From Bdellovibrionales bacterium (GTDB taxonomy: Bacteria > Bdellovibrionota > UBA1018), in the NCBI GenBank assembly GCA_947380295.1, contig CANCQK010000009.1:37460-101459 (forward strand): a stretch of DNA of 64,000 bases, in the 5' to 3' direction. Positions 9,275 to 18,477 of this stretch are shown one piece after another. Positions within the stretch are counted from its first letter, which is position 1. The number at the start of each line of letters is the position of its first letter. Position numbers and translations under genes: made by a program. Below the pieces are notes generated by a model. That model was not told the DNA's origin, did no database searches, and worked only from the letters and a program-made list of their open reading frames with translations.

Positions 9275-10492
9275 ATGACTTTCTTGGTCTACTTGTGTTT
9301 TTTGCTATGGGTCACGGTTGTGGGATTCACGATCTGGGGAACCCTGTTAGCGTTGAAGTTGATCAAAAAAGATCAAACTGAGGGTGATTTAAGGTTTGAG
9401 AGCGGTGTGACTTACCGACCTCCAGTGTCGATTCTCAAGCCACTTAAAAATCTTGAGAATGGGGTCAGTGAGTGTGTTGAGAGTTTTTTTCGGCTCGACT
9501 ACCCAAAGTACGAGCTGATTTTTTGCTTTACGAGTGAGGCAGACCCCGGGTACCCCCTCATTCAAGAGTTCATTTGCAACTATCCCAGTGTGGATGCCAA
9601 GGTTTTGGTCGGTGAGGGGAAAATCGGTTTTAATCCAAAAATAGATAACTTAATCAAAGGGTACCAGCAGGCTAAGTATGATTGGGTCCTGATTAGTGAT
9701 GGGAATGTTCTCGCGAAGCCTCACTATTTGAGCAAACTCGTTACTGCGATCAGTCCAGGGGTGGGGTTGATTACATCAAACATCAAGGGGTTGAATCCGA
9801 AGAGTTTGGGTGGTCGATTGGAAAGTCTTATTTTAAATACCCACTTCACTCGTTGGAATGCAGTGCTGAATGCTTTTAGATTTCCAGCCATCTCAGGCAA
9901 AGCGATGCTTTTTCAAAAGTCTGTGGCGAGTCGATTCGGTGGTTTAGCGAGTCTTGCGAATTACTTGGCTGAGGATTTTATTTTTGGGGAAAAGGTGAGA
10001 GCGTTAGGGATGCGAGTGGTTTTAACCACTGAAATGGTCCATCAAAACATTGGGGATCAATCCGTTCATTCTTATTGGGATCGCCACCTTCGTTGGGGAC
10101 GAATTCGGAAGTCACTTTCGCCATTCGGTTTTATAGTTGAAATATTGATAAATTCTTTTATTTCTGGTTTACTGGGAGCATGGGCGCTCAATCATCGATT
10201 TGGCCTTTCTCCACTCATTTTTCTCTCGATTCATCTCTGCATGTGGCTGATTCTCGATCTGGTTTTAGTTCAGGCAATCGAGGGGGGGATTTTCATTGGA
10301 GATCCCCTGATTTGGCTTGCACGAGAACTCTCAGTCTTTCCTCAGTGGGTTGCCGTCGGGACGAGCAATGGAGTCAATTGGCGAGGTCAAAGCTTCCGAA
10401 TTGGCAGCCAAACTCAACTTGCGCCCCTAGAGTACGGAGATCTCAGTGAAGGATTTGACGCAAGCCTTTCTTTGGGGGGCAGCCACCAGTAG
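9275..10492 (+). CDS. ceramide glucosyltransferase-like GT21 glycosyltransferase (UGCG homolog)
   Basis: VSILKPLKNLENG..FFRLDYPKYELIFC...VDAKVLVGEGKIGFNPKIDNL...KYDWVLISDGNVL aligns closely with human UGCG ([61 protein letters not shown]). It also has an AEDF motif, a RW..R motif and an N-terminal TM. Confidence 0.85.
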   Translation: MTFLVYLCFLLWVTVVGFTIWGTLLALKLIKKDQTEGDLRFESGVTYRPPVSILKPLKNLENGVSECVESFFRLDYPKYELIFCFTSEADPGYPLIQEFICNYPSVDAKVLVGEGKIGFNPKIDNLIKGYQQAKYDWVLISDGNVLAKPHYLSKLVTAISPGVGLITSNIKGLNPKSLGGRLESLILNTHFTRWNAVLNAFRFPAISGKAMLFQKSVASRFGGLASLANYLAEDFIFGEKVRALGMRVVLTTEMVHQNIGDQSVHSYWDRHLRWGRIRKSLSPFGFIVEILINSFISGLLGAWALNHRFGLSPLIFLSIHLCMWLILDLVLVQAIEGGIFIGDPLIWLARELSVFPQWVAVGTSNGVNWRGQSFRIGSQTQLAPLEYGDLSEGFDASLSLGGSHQ

Positions 10493-11789
10493 TCATCAAA
10501 TTGAGGGCTACAATGACAAAAATGATTGGTGGGCTTGGGAAAATCAGGGAAAAATTGAAACGGGTGAGCGATCAGGTCCTTGTACTGATCATTTGAATCG
10601 GTTTCGAGAGGACCTTCGACTTGCAGCTGATTTGGGTCTGAATTCTTATCGTTTTTCAATAGAGTGGTCACGGCTTGAGCCTCAAGAGGGTCAATGGAGT
10701 GATGAGGCTTTTGACTGGTATTTTGAACTCATTGAAGAATGCGAGCGACTCGGGCTTGAACCTATGCTGACTCTTCATCATTTTACCTTGCCTCTTTGGA
10801 TGGCAGAGCAGGGTGGCTTTGCTTGGGAGCGATCGCCTGAGCTCTTCGGTAAAATGACTCGAAAAGTCGTAGAGCGGCTCGGCTCTAAAGTCGCACTTTG
10901 GTGCACGCTCAATGAACCGATGGTTTTGACTGTGGGTTCGTACTTGGGCAAGTTCATGCCTCCTGCTATTTATGATCCTGAGAAGGCTCGAATGGCACTT
11001 TACCACATGCTCAAGTCTCATGTGATTGCCTATGATCTGATTCATCGTGAGATCCCTGCGCGAAAAGGACGCTGGAAAGACAATCCCGTTCAAGTCGGCA
11101 TCGCTCATAATATGATCGACTTTACGGTCACACGATCCGGGAGCATCATTGAGACTTGGTTGGCTGAACAGCTCCATCAGTTTTACAATATGACTTGGTT
11201 GGACGCGATTACCGGTAGAGCCCAGCGTTTTAGGTTCCCGTTGCTTCTGACGCAGGCCCCCATAGTGAGTGAGGCGCTGGGAAGAGTGACCGTCGACTAC
11301 TTGGGTATTAATTATTATACTCGTGCTCAGGTTGAGTTTGCTCCCAAATGGAATGGTTTGCCTGTGAATATCGGCTTTGCCAAGCCAGGAGAGCCCGCGT
11401 CCGATTTGGGTTGGTCCATTCATCCGCTGGGATTCCAGAAGATGTTGAAAATTGCAGGGCAATATCGCCTGCCGGTTTACGTGACTGAAAACGGGATTGC
11501 CGATCGAACAGATGCCTTAAGACCCGGGTATCTGAAGGATCATCTGCGGTCCATGATCAAGGCGCAGCAGGAGGGGGTTGATCTACGAGGGTATTACTAT
11601 TGGTCTCTTCTAGATAATTTTGAATGGATTAAAGGCTTTGGACCTCGATTTGGACTATTTCAGGTGGATTATCAAAATTTTGCAAGAACGAAAACCCATA
11701 GCGCTGAGCTGTATCAAAAGCTCATTGAAGCTCATCGACGTCAAGGCGGCGATCCGAGTTCGCTCGGTGTTCTGCTCGAATCTTTGTAA
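10446..11789 (+). CDS. GH1 beta-glucosidase
   Basis: It has FLWGAATSSHQIEGY at the N-terminus, the acid/base TLNEP motif and the nucleophile YVTENG motif. It overlaps the 3' end of the GT21 gene by 47 nt. Confidence 0.92.
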   Translation: MKDLTQAFLWGAATSSHQIEGYNDKNDWWAWENQGKIETGERSGPCTDHLNRFREDLRLAADLGLNSYRFSIEWSRLEPQEGQWSDEAFDWYFELIEECERLGLEPMLTLHHFTLPLWMAEQGGFAWERSPELFGKMTRKVVERLGSKVALWCTLNEPMVLTVGSYLGKFMPPAIYDPEKARMALYHMLKSHVIAYDLIHREIPARKGRWKDNPVQVGIAHNMIDFTVTRSGSIIETWLAEQLHQFYNMTWLDAITGRAQRFRFPLLLTQAPIVSEALGRVTVDYLGINYYTRAQVEFAPKWNGLPVNIGFAKPGEPASDLGWSIHPLGFQKMLKIAGQYRLPVYVTENGIADRTDALRPGYLKDHLRSMIKAQQEGVDLRGYYYWSLLDNFEWIKGFGPRFGLFQVDYQNFARTKTHSAELYQKLIEAHRRQGGDPSSLGVLLESL

Positions 11790-11887
11790 AGAATTGAGTT
11801 TGAGCCCGATTGGGTCAAATCTCCAAAGTGAATCAACTGTGCGGCATTCAGATTTACAAAAAATCAATTGGGGAACATACTTTGAAT

Positions 11888-12820
11888 GTCATGAGTGGGA
11901 ACAGTAAAAAAATCGGACTACTTGGTGGGTTGGGGTGCATTCTTTTTGTGGGTTGCGTCGCCAGGGTTTATGCTGGGAACCCAGAAGAGCTGAAAAAGTC
12001 GCTTCATTACCGAAAAGTTTTGGAGCAGATTTGGGCCCATTGGCCGCCTCAGTTTGAAGAGATTAAACAAAAGGAGGCTCGACAAATTCCCGGTGTTCAT
12101 GCTCGTGCGTGGGAAACCTCTGGAGATCCCGACTATATTGGACTTCAAAAGAAAATGCTGATTCAAGCTCCCATCGAACGAGTCGATGAAATCGTCTGTG
12201 ACTTCGAGCATTATTCCGAACTTTTTCCAGAATTTAAGGACGTAAAGGTAATTAATCGGGGGAAAAGTGAATGGGTCACGCACTGGGTTCGGCCGATCCC
12301 ATTTCCCTTTGTTCCCGATGTCTACTATGAAACCGCTTACCAAACAGACCGATCGCAGTCGGATCGAAAAGTTTTTAAAATTAAACTGAAAGAAAGTAAT
12401 CGAGTTTGGGTGAGTGACGACCTCTTGGTTTTGGATCGTAGGGGGCCTTCGCAAACCGAGTTTAGCGTTCTGAGTTTTTTCGAAGCTGATTGGGGTCCTG
12501 TTCGAATTCTAGGGATGTCCAAAATTTGGAAAGATAGCATTGAAGGATCTATTCTTTCGGACCTCTCTTTTAAACTGAAGGCCGAGCACCCCGACTGGTC
12601 ACCCGAGAAGATTAAAACTGAAAGAGTTAAATTGGTTCCCGACCATTATGTGGATGATGTTTTTGACCAAAGGCAGATCTTTGCGGTTGAAAAACTCATT
12701 CCTAGCCTAAAACCGAATGCCGTCGTGCCTCAGGTTGAGCACCCACCTTCGCCAAGTCCAAGTCCAACTCCACGCCCTTCGGCGGTGCCGTCTTCTGATT
12801 CGCCAAGCCCGTCCCCTTGA
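11888..12820 (+). CDS. secreted hypothetical protein with a Pro/Ser-rich C-terminal tail
   Basis: A signal peptide MSGNSKKIGLLGGLGCILFVGCVARVYA is present if the internal Met is used as the start. The C-terminus is HPPSPSPSPTPRPSAVPSSDSPSPSP. I recognise no domain, and a lipid-binding fold is only speculation. Confidence 0.45.
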   Translation, partial: VMSGNSKKIGLLGGLGCILFVGCVARVYAGNPEELKKSLHYRKVLEQIWAHWPPQFEEIKQKEARQIPGVHARAWETSGDPDYIGLQKKMLIQAPIERVDEIVCDFEHYSELFPEFKDVKVINRGKSEWVTHWVRPIPFPFVPDVYYETAYQTDRSQSDRKVFKIKLKESNRVWVSDDLLVLDRRGPSQTEFSVLSFFEADWGPVRILGMSKIWKDSIEGSILSDLSFKLKAEHPDWSPEKIKTERVKLVPDHYVDDVFDQRQIFAVEKLIPSLKPNAVVPQVEHPPSPSPSPTPRPSAVPSSDSPSPSP

Positions 12821-12884
12821 CTAATTGCGAAAGATTTGCAATAAGCTCTTGCAAGTCATTTGCATTTTAATCAAAGGAATCTGT

Positions 12885-15377
12885 ATGCGGCTCTTGTCGA
12901 AGTTCTCCCGATCAACGGTGCTGGTTGTTTTATCTATTCTTCTGGGTGGTGGCTTTGAAAATCGCGCCCACGCAACAGTGGATGGTACGGTTTCAGGGGT
13001 TGTCACTGCGCCAGGAAAAGAAGGCACTCAACTCACTGTTAAGCTTACTAATTTGAGCGGTCGCGAAGTGACTGAAACTCAAGTTCAAGCAGGTCAGGAA
13101 TATCAGTTTTTCCCAGTTAAATTGGGAGATTATGAGTTGACGCTGTGTTCGGGTTCGTTCTGTTCCGAACCTCAGTTCGTTCACGTAGCCTCCGGTAGTG
13201 ATATTCATGAGAATCTATCTTTAGAGCCTGCTCCTGCGGCTTCGCCGAGCCCTCAGGGTGCCATGGTTTTGAATGTTCGTGCTAAGAGAAAGCTCGTTCA
13301 AAATATTTCAACGGGGACTCAGTTTGAGCTGAATCAAAACGAAGTGAAGCAGCTTCCTCAAGGGAGCGAGGCCAGTCTTCCAAAATTGATTGCTTCCACC
13401 ACTGCAGGGGTGGTTCCGGGATCTTTTGGTCATCTTTATTTTCGCGGTAATCATGCAACGATTCAATATCAGCTCGACGGAATTCAAATGCCTGACTCAC
13501 CGTCCAGTTCGTTTGGTCAAACCTTTAGTCCGCGCAATATTGACCGGATGGAAGTCATTACGGGTGGGATTCCTGCTGAGTTCGGACAGCGCCTTAGCGC
13601 GGTGGTGAATGTCGTGACTAAGTCAGGTCCTGAAAAGCCTGAAGGGGAGATGGAGCTGAATTACGGTTCCTACAATACCTTTTCTCCTCACATTATGTAT
13701 GGTGGATCTAACGAACGGGGCGACTTAAAGTATTTTTTTAGTTTGAACTACAATCAAACCGACCGCGGGATTGATACTCCCAATCCGGAGTCTCTTGATA
13801 ACCAAAGACAGGGTGGATCTGAATCAGTACATAATCGATCCACGGGGAACGGTGAGTTTGTTAAGCTAGATTGGCAGCTGAGCAATATCGATAAACTCAG
13901 CCTGATCTTGAATCACTCTTATAGCTTTTACCAGATTCCTAACTACCCAACTTCGTTCGATCCTGCGACCAATAGCGCAGCCAGGAATGGGTATTTCAGT
14001 ACAGATACGAGCTATGTTGATAATTTTGGGAATTCTCCTGAAGCCCATGGGAGTCACACTCATCCTCTTTTTATTTACTCCCCGGCAGATAACACTCAGG
14101 CAGAGAGAAATGCTTATGCTCAATTCATTTGGAAACATACGATCGATAGTCGATCCTATTTTCAGCTAGCGCCGTACTATAAATATTCTTCGATTGTGAA
14201 TACGGCTGATTCTGCAGGGGATTTCTATGAAAGAACGATGCCAAATCCGGTGACGGATGCAGACCCAGTTTCATTCTCTCAGAACCGCCACTCGAACAGT
14301 TTAGGGCTCAAAGGAGACTATTCTTTTCGTCTTCAGGATGATCATTTACTGAAAACTGGATTTCAACTGCAGCAAACCGAGGTGGCAGGGTCCTACCAGT
14401 TTCAGAAGTATAACAAGTCACCCGTATCTAATTCTGATCCGATGTCAGGAACCTTCGAGAGTATCTACCTTCAAGATGATTTCACGATTCATCGTGAGAA
14501 AGGGACAGTAGCAAATCACTTGGTGCTGAATGCCGGGATTCGATTTGATGCAGCTCAGTTTAGCTTCTCTGGAGCTAGCCCGACGGATTACGCGTTTCAG
14601 CCTAGAATTGGTTTGAACTACATGTTGGATGAGTCCACTCGTTTTCATGTTTTTTATGGGAGATTGTTTCAGCCTGCTCCCGTCGAAAATCTAAGGAGTT
14701 CGTTTCGTGGAGATGAATATAAGGATGTGCCTTACGATATTAAGGCGGAGAAAGCCAACTTTTATGAGGCCGGTGTCGCTCGCCAGATTTTTGGTCAACA
14801 AGTGGCTGGCTTGAACGTTTTCTATAAAAACGGGGTGAACTTCCTGGATGAAGGACAGTTGCTGAGGACTCCAATTGCACAGCCGTTCAATTTTGCTGAA
14901 GGATATGTCTACGGGGCTGAGTTCAGTTTAAAAGGGCAGATCGACTCAGATTGGTCTAACTACATTAATTATTCCTACTTAATTGCCAAGGCGAGAAGCA
15001 TTAGCGGGGGCGTTTGGGCTAACGATCACGGTTCAAGTGATGATTATCAAAATATGGACCACTCTCAGATGCACACCGCCAACGCAGGTCTGACTTACTC
15101 GAAAAAGGGCTTTTGGTGGACGGGGCAAGCCCTCTTTGGAAGTGGCCTCTGGACTGGGGAGACGAATGACGTCCCTCTGCAGTCCCACCTCACCTTTGAT
15201 ACGACGGTGGGCTATGACTTTGCTGAGAAGCTCTCCGGGTGGGGTAAATGGAAAGCCTCGGTCGATCTCCTGAATATCCTGGATAACCGATATCCGATCA
15301 CCATTGCTAATAACTTCAATGGTTCTCGATACGCCGCCGGAAGACAGGTTTTTGTTCGATTAACTCGAGCGTTTTAA
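12885..15377 (+). CDS. TonB-dependent outer-membrane receptor with an N-terminal carboxypeptidase-regulatory-like domain
   Basis: It has a signal peptide, a CarboxypepD_reg-like beta-sandwich (TVDGTVSGVVT...GDYELTL), a plug region and a long beta-barrel. The C-terminus ends ...FVRLTRAF with a terminal Phe. Confidence 0.85.
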   Translation: MRLLSKFSRSTVLVVLSILLGGGFENRAHATVDGTVSGVVTAPGKEGTQLTVKLTNLSGREVTETQVQAGQEYQFFPVKLGDYELTLCSGSFCSEPQFVHVASGSDIHENLSLEPAPAASPSPQGAMVLNVRAKRKLVQNISTGTQFELNQNEVKQLPQGSEASLPKLIASTTAGVVPGSFGHLYFRGNHATIQYQLDGIQMPDSPSSSFGQTFSPRNIDRMEVITGGIPAEFGQRLSAVVNVVTKSGPEKPEGEMELNYGSYNTFSPHIMYGGSNERGDLKYFFSLNYNQTDRGIDTPNPESLDNQRQGGSESVHNRSTGNGEFVKLDWQLSNIDKLSLILNHSYSFYQIPNYPTSFDPATNSAARNGYFSTDTSYVDNFGNSPEAHGSHTHPLFIYSPADNTQAERNAYAQFIWKHTIDSRSYFQLAPYYKYSSIVNTADSAGDFYERTMPNPVTDADPVSFSQNRHSNSLGLKGDYSFRLQDDHLLKTGFQLQQTEVAGSYQFQKYNKSPVSNSDPMSGTFESIYLQDDFTIHREKGTVANHLVLNAGIRFDAAQFSFSGASPTDYAFQPRIGLNYMLDESTRFHVFYGRLFQPAPVENLRSSFRGDEYKDVPYDIKAEKANFYEAGVARQIFGQQVAGLNVFYKNGVNFLDEGQLLRTPIAQPFNFAEGYVYGAEFSLKGQIDSDWSNYINYSYLIAKARSISGGVWANDHGSSDDYQNMDHSQMHTANAGLTYSKKGFWWTGQALFGSGLWTGETNDVPLQSHLTFDTTVGYDFAEKLSGWGKWKASVDLLNILDNRYPITIANNFNGSRYAAGRQVFVRLTRAF

Positions 15378-15425
15378 CATGGTATGCGGTTGAGCTGAAG
15401 CTCTAGATGTGCGATAAGGACCGAT

Positions 15426-16148
15426 ATGGGCGCTCAATGGAAACACGCAGGTAGGATCGAAAACTCGTCTAAACGAGGGGCATTATTTGGCAAGTTGGTG
15501 AAGGAAATCACCGTAGCGGCTAAAGTGGGTGATCCTAGCCCAGAAAATAACGCCCGGCTCAGAGCAGCGGTTGAGTCGGCTCGCAAAGCTTCAGTGCCTC
15601 GAGATACGATCGAGAGGGCTATTAAAAAGGGCGCAGGCCTTTTGGATGAGCAAGTTCAATACGAACTCATCACTTACGAGGGTTTTACTCCTCATCGCGT
15701 TCCAGTGATCGTTGAGTGCCTTACTGAGAATAAGAATCGGACTGCAGCTGATATTCGAGTCTTGTTTCGAAAGGGTCAACTCGGTGCGATGGGTGCCGTG
15801 ACCTGGATGTTTGACCGTCTGGGCGTCGTAGAGGCAACTCATGCTAATAAAACTCAGGACCTAGAAGAGGTCGCCATTGAGGCAGGGGCTCAAAACTTTG
15901 AACCCCTCGAGGCATTCGAAGTTCAGGATGGCCAAATTGGAGGCCGCTTTTTCTGCGATCCAACTGACCTGGACGCCGTGAGTAAGTACTTGGTCAAGGC
16001 AGGGTGGGTCGTGACGCTCTCCGAAATGAACTACATTGCTAAAAATTTCACCGAAATTTCCCCAGACCAGAAGAAAGAAGTGACAGACTTTTTGACTGCC
16101 ATCGATGATCACGATGACGTCCATCGTGTTTATACAGCTATTCAGTAA
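15426..16148 (+). CDS. YebC/PmpR family DNA-binding transcriptional regulator
   Basis: 240 aa. It has the MGAQWKHAGR...NSSKRGALFGKL...NARLRAAVE N-terminal hallmark of the YebC family. Confidence 0.9.
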   Translation: MGAQWKHAGRIENSSKRGALFGKLVKEITVAAKVGDPSPENNARLRAAVESARKASVPRDTIERAIKKGAGLLDEQVQYELITYEGFTPHRVPVIVECLTENKNRTAADIRVLFRKGQLGAMGAVTWMFDRLGVVEATHANKTQDLEEVAIEAGAQNFEPLEAFEVQDGQIGGRFFCDPTDLDAVSKYLVKAGWVVTLSEMNYIAKNFTEISPDQKKEVTDFLTAIDDHDDVHRVYTAIQ

Positions 16149-16554
16149 GAATCGATTTTCTTGTCCATCAACTATTTTAGTGGTACTCATTGAAGTGAGT
16201 GTGTGCTGATTTGCGACTTGAAATTTATTTAGTTGTTAATTTTATTACTGCATGCTCTAAGTGTTCTGAGTGGTTAGTATTTATAGAATAAAGTTCTGAC
16301 CTTTTGGGCGGGAAGGGAGCGCTTGGCAGGTGTCTTGGGGGATGTTGAGGCTTGCCAAGTGAAACGGCGCTCAGCACCAGGCGCTCTCATTTAATTTCAA
16401 TTCAAAATCTTTTGCATTTAAGTTTAAAATTTTTCTCAGTAAAAAAAACATTCTTAAATGATTTATTTTCTTTGGAAATTAAGTCGTTCGATCTTATAGA
16501 ATAAGTAAGCACTTGAGTGCTGTGGTTTGATCGAAGGATCTGCGGGGGGACTTC

Positions 16555-18135
16555 ATGAAATTAGCTACATTCTTCAATAGGATGACTTGTGTTATTGCTT
16601 GGGCCACAATCGTACTGGCTTGTAGCCCTAGTGGACCAGTCAGGCGCGCCAGTCAGGTTGATTCTCGGCTTAATCATCTCTCTCAGTCTTCTTATGTTAG
16701 AGTTCAATCCTCTCATTTGCCTCGCGGCGGAGATTTCGAACGAATTGAGTCTACGCAGGGTCTCGAAGGTTGGCTCGGGCCTCAGGCGGCAAAGTCAGTA
16801 CAGGGGCTTTTTTTAAATATCTCGCCTCCTGGCGCAGCTCTCGGGGCTGTTTCTGCTTCCCCTTCTCGGCAAGATCCTGATTATTACTACCATTGGGTTC
16901 GAGATTCGTCTCTCGTTATGGGAGTGGTTCTGGACTTGTATGAAGGGTCTTCTAGTGTGCAAGATCGAGATTTTATTTTAAAAACCATGGAACAATACGT
17001 GGATTTCTCTCGACTCAATCAGATCACTCCAAATCTGTCGGGAGGAGTGGGGGAGCCCAAGTATAATGTAAATGGAACGGCATTTACCGGAGAATGGGGA
17101 AGGCCTCAGAACGATGGTCCGGCTCTCCGTGCCGTGACTTTGATTCGCTTCGCAAAGCTTCTCTTAGCAGCAGGGAATCAAGAGAGCTACGTTCGTTCTA
17201 AGCTTTACGACGGTTTTATTCCAAGTGAGTCCTTAATTAAGACGGACCTCGAGTTCGTTTCCCATCATTGGCGGGATAGTTGTTTTGACCTTTGGGAAGA
17301 TACGAAGGGGATTCACTTTTACGCTCGTATGGTTCAGCGTCGTGCCTTGGTTGATGGCGCCGAGCTGGCTGACTTTTTAGGAGATGGTCGTGCTGCGGTC
17401 TGGTACCGGTCTCAGGCGCGAGCCATCGAAGTAGAGATTCTGAAGCATTGGGATTCGGAGCGAGGCTATTTTGTTGAGACTCTGAACTGGGATGGTGGAA
17501 ACTCGAATAAGGCTAGCGGATTAGATGTGGCAGTGGTTCTTGCTGTTCTTCACGGGAGGACGTCAGATGGGTTTTTATCCCCTGGGAACGATCTCGTGGT
17601 GGCGTCGGCTGAAAAGCTCCGTGAGGTCTTCAAAAACAGCTACGCGGTCAATCTGAATTCGAGTATGGGTGTTGCGATTGGTCGCTATCCCGAGGATTCA
17701 TACGACGGTTTGGCAGTGGGGGGGCGTCCTGGGAATCCTTGGGTGCTTTCTACTTTTGCCTTTGCCGAGCTGAATTATCGAATTGCTCAAGAGTGGGGCG
17801 CTCAGGGGAGGGTGGATGTCACTGGGTTGAATCTCCCTTATCTTCGCGCGGTTTTGGGTGACTCTGCTTTAGGTAAGCGTTGGCTTAGGAGTGGAGGATA
17901 TTTGGAGCGTGGTCAGGCAGATTTTGATCTCCTGATGAATCGAATTCGCGAAGTAGGGGATTCCTACATGGTGCGAGTGAAATACCATACGCCACGAGAT
18001 GGGGCCCTGGCTGAGCAGTTTAATCGGGATACGGGGTTTATGCAGGGCGCGCGCGATTTGGCTTGGAGCTACGCGAGTTTCATCACGGCTTTAGGTGAAA
18101 GAAGTCGCCTTCTGAATCACTCGTTAAATCGTTAA
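16555..18135 (+). CDS. secreted GH15 glucoamylase-like glycoside hydrolase
   Basis: It has a signal peptide and the FDLWED catalytic motif (the DLWEE type), followed by an (alpha/alpha)6 fold region. Confidence 0.8.
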   Translation: MKLATFFNRMTCVIAWATIVLACSPSGPVRRASQVDSRLNHLSQSSYVRVQSSHLPRGGDFERIESTQGLEGWLGPQAAKSVQGLFLNISPPGAALGAVSASPSRQDPDYYYHWVRDSSLVMGVVLDLYEGSSSVQDRDFILKTMEQYVDFSRLNQITPNLSGGVGEPKYNVNGTAFTGEWGRPQNDGPALRAVTLIRFAKLLLAAGNQESYVRSKLYDGFIPSESLIKTDLEFVSHHWRDSCFDLWEDTKGIHFYARMVQRRALVDGAELADFLGDGRAAVWYRSQARAIEVEILKHWDSERGYFVETLNWDGGNSNKASGLDVAVVLAVLHGRTSDGFLSPGNDLVVASAEKLREVFKNSYAVNLNSSMGVAIGRYPEDSYDGLAVGGRPGNPWVLSTFAFAELNYRIAQEWGAQGRVDVTGLNLPYLRAVLGDSALGKRWLRSGGYLERGQADFDLLMNRIREVGDSYMVRVKYHTPRDGALAEQFNRDTGFMQGARDLAWSYASFITALGERSRLLNHSLNR

Positions 18136-18188
18136 ATTGGGCGATTTTTCTTGCAAACCACAGGTATTTAAACTATCCCATACGACCT

Positions 18189-18404
18189 ATGGCAACTCCG
18201 AAAAAGAAAATATCACGTAGTCGAAGAAACATGCGCCGTTTTGCGGGTGGCAACAAACTGGATGTGACCACAGTCGTGACCAGTCCGATCAACCAAGAGT
18301 TGACCCGCCCTCATCGCATTACCCGCGCCTTGTTGGCTAGTGGCCGCTACCTCGAAGCTACTGCTAGCTTCCAGAAGCGCCAGAAGCAAGCCCCTCAGGC
18401 TTAG
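18189..18404 (+). CDS. rpmF: 50S ribosomal protein bL32
   Basis: MATPKKKISRSRRNMRR... aligns with bL32 MAVQQNKPTRSKRGMRRSH. This is a Cys-less variant. Confidence 0.75.
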   Translation: MATPKKKISRSRRNMRRFAGGNKLDVTTVVTSPINQELTRPHRITRALLASGRYLEATASFQKRQKQAPQA

Positions 18405-18438
18405 TTTCGCCTCGCTTGAGGATTAAGTTCAGTGACGC

Positions 18439-18477
18439 TCCGGAAAAGCCCAGTGCTTTTCTGGAGTGTTCTATTTT
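18439..18477. terminator. bidirectional rho-independent terminator between rpmF and the convergent cysteine-repeat gene
   Basis: tccggaaaagc-ccagt-gcttttctgga forms an 11-bp stem with one G-U pair, followed by gtgttctatttt. Confidence 0.6.

Noticed and set aside
16149-16554. tRNA or other RNA gene in the long AT-rich intergenic region
   Set aside because: I could not find a cloverleaf-compatible arrangement (acceptor, T-loop GTTC, CCA) by eye. I kept it only as a candidate structured leader.
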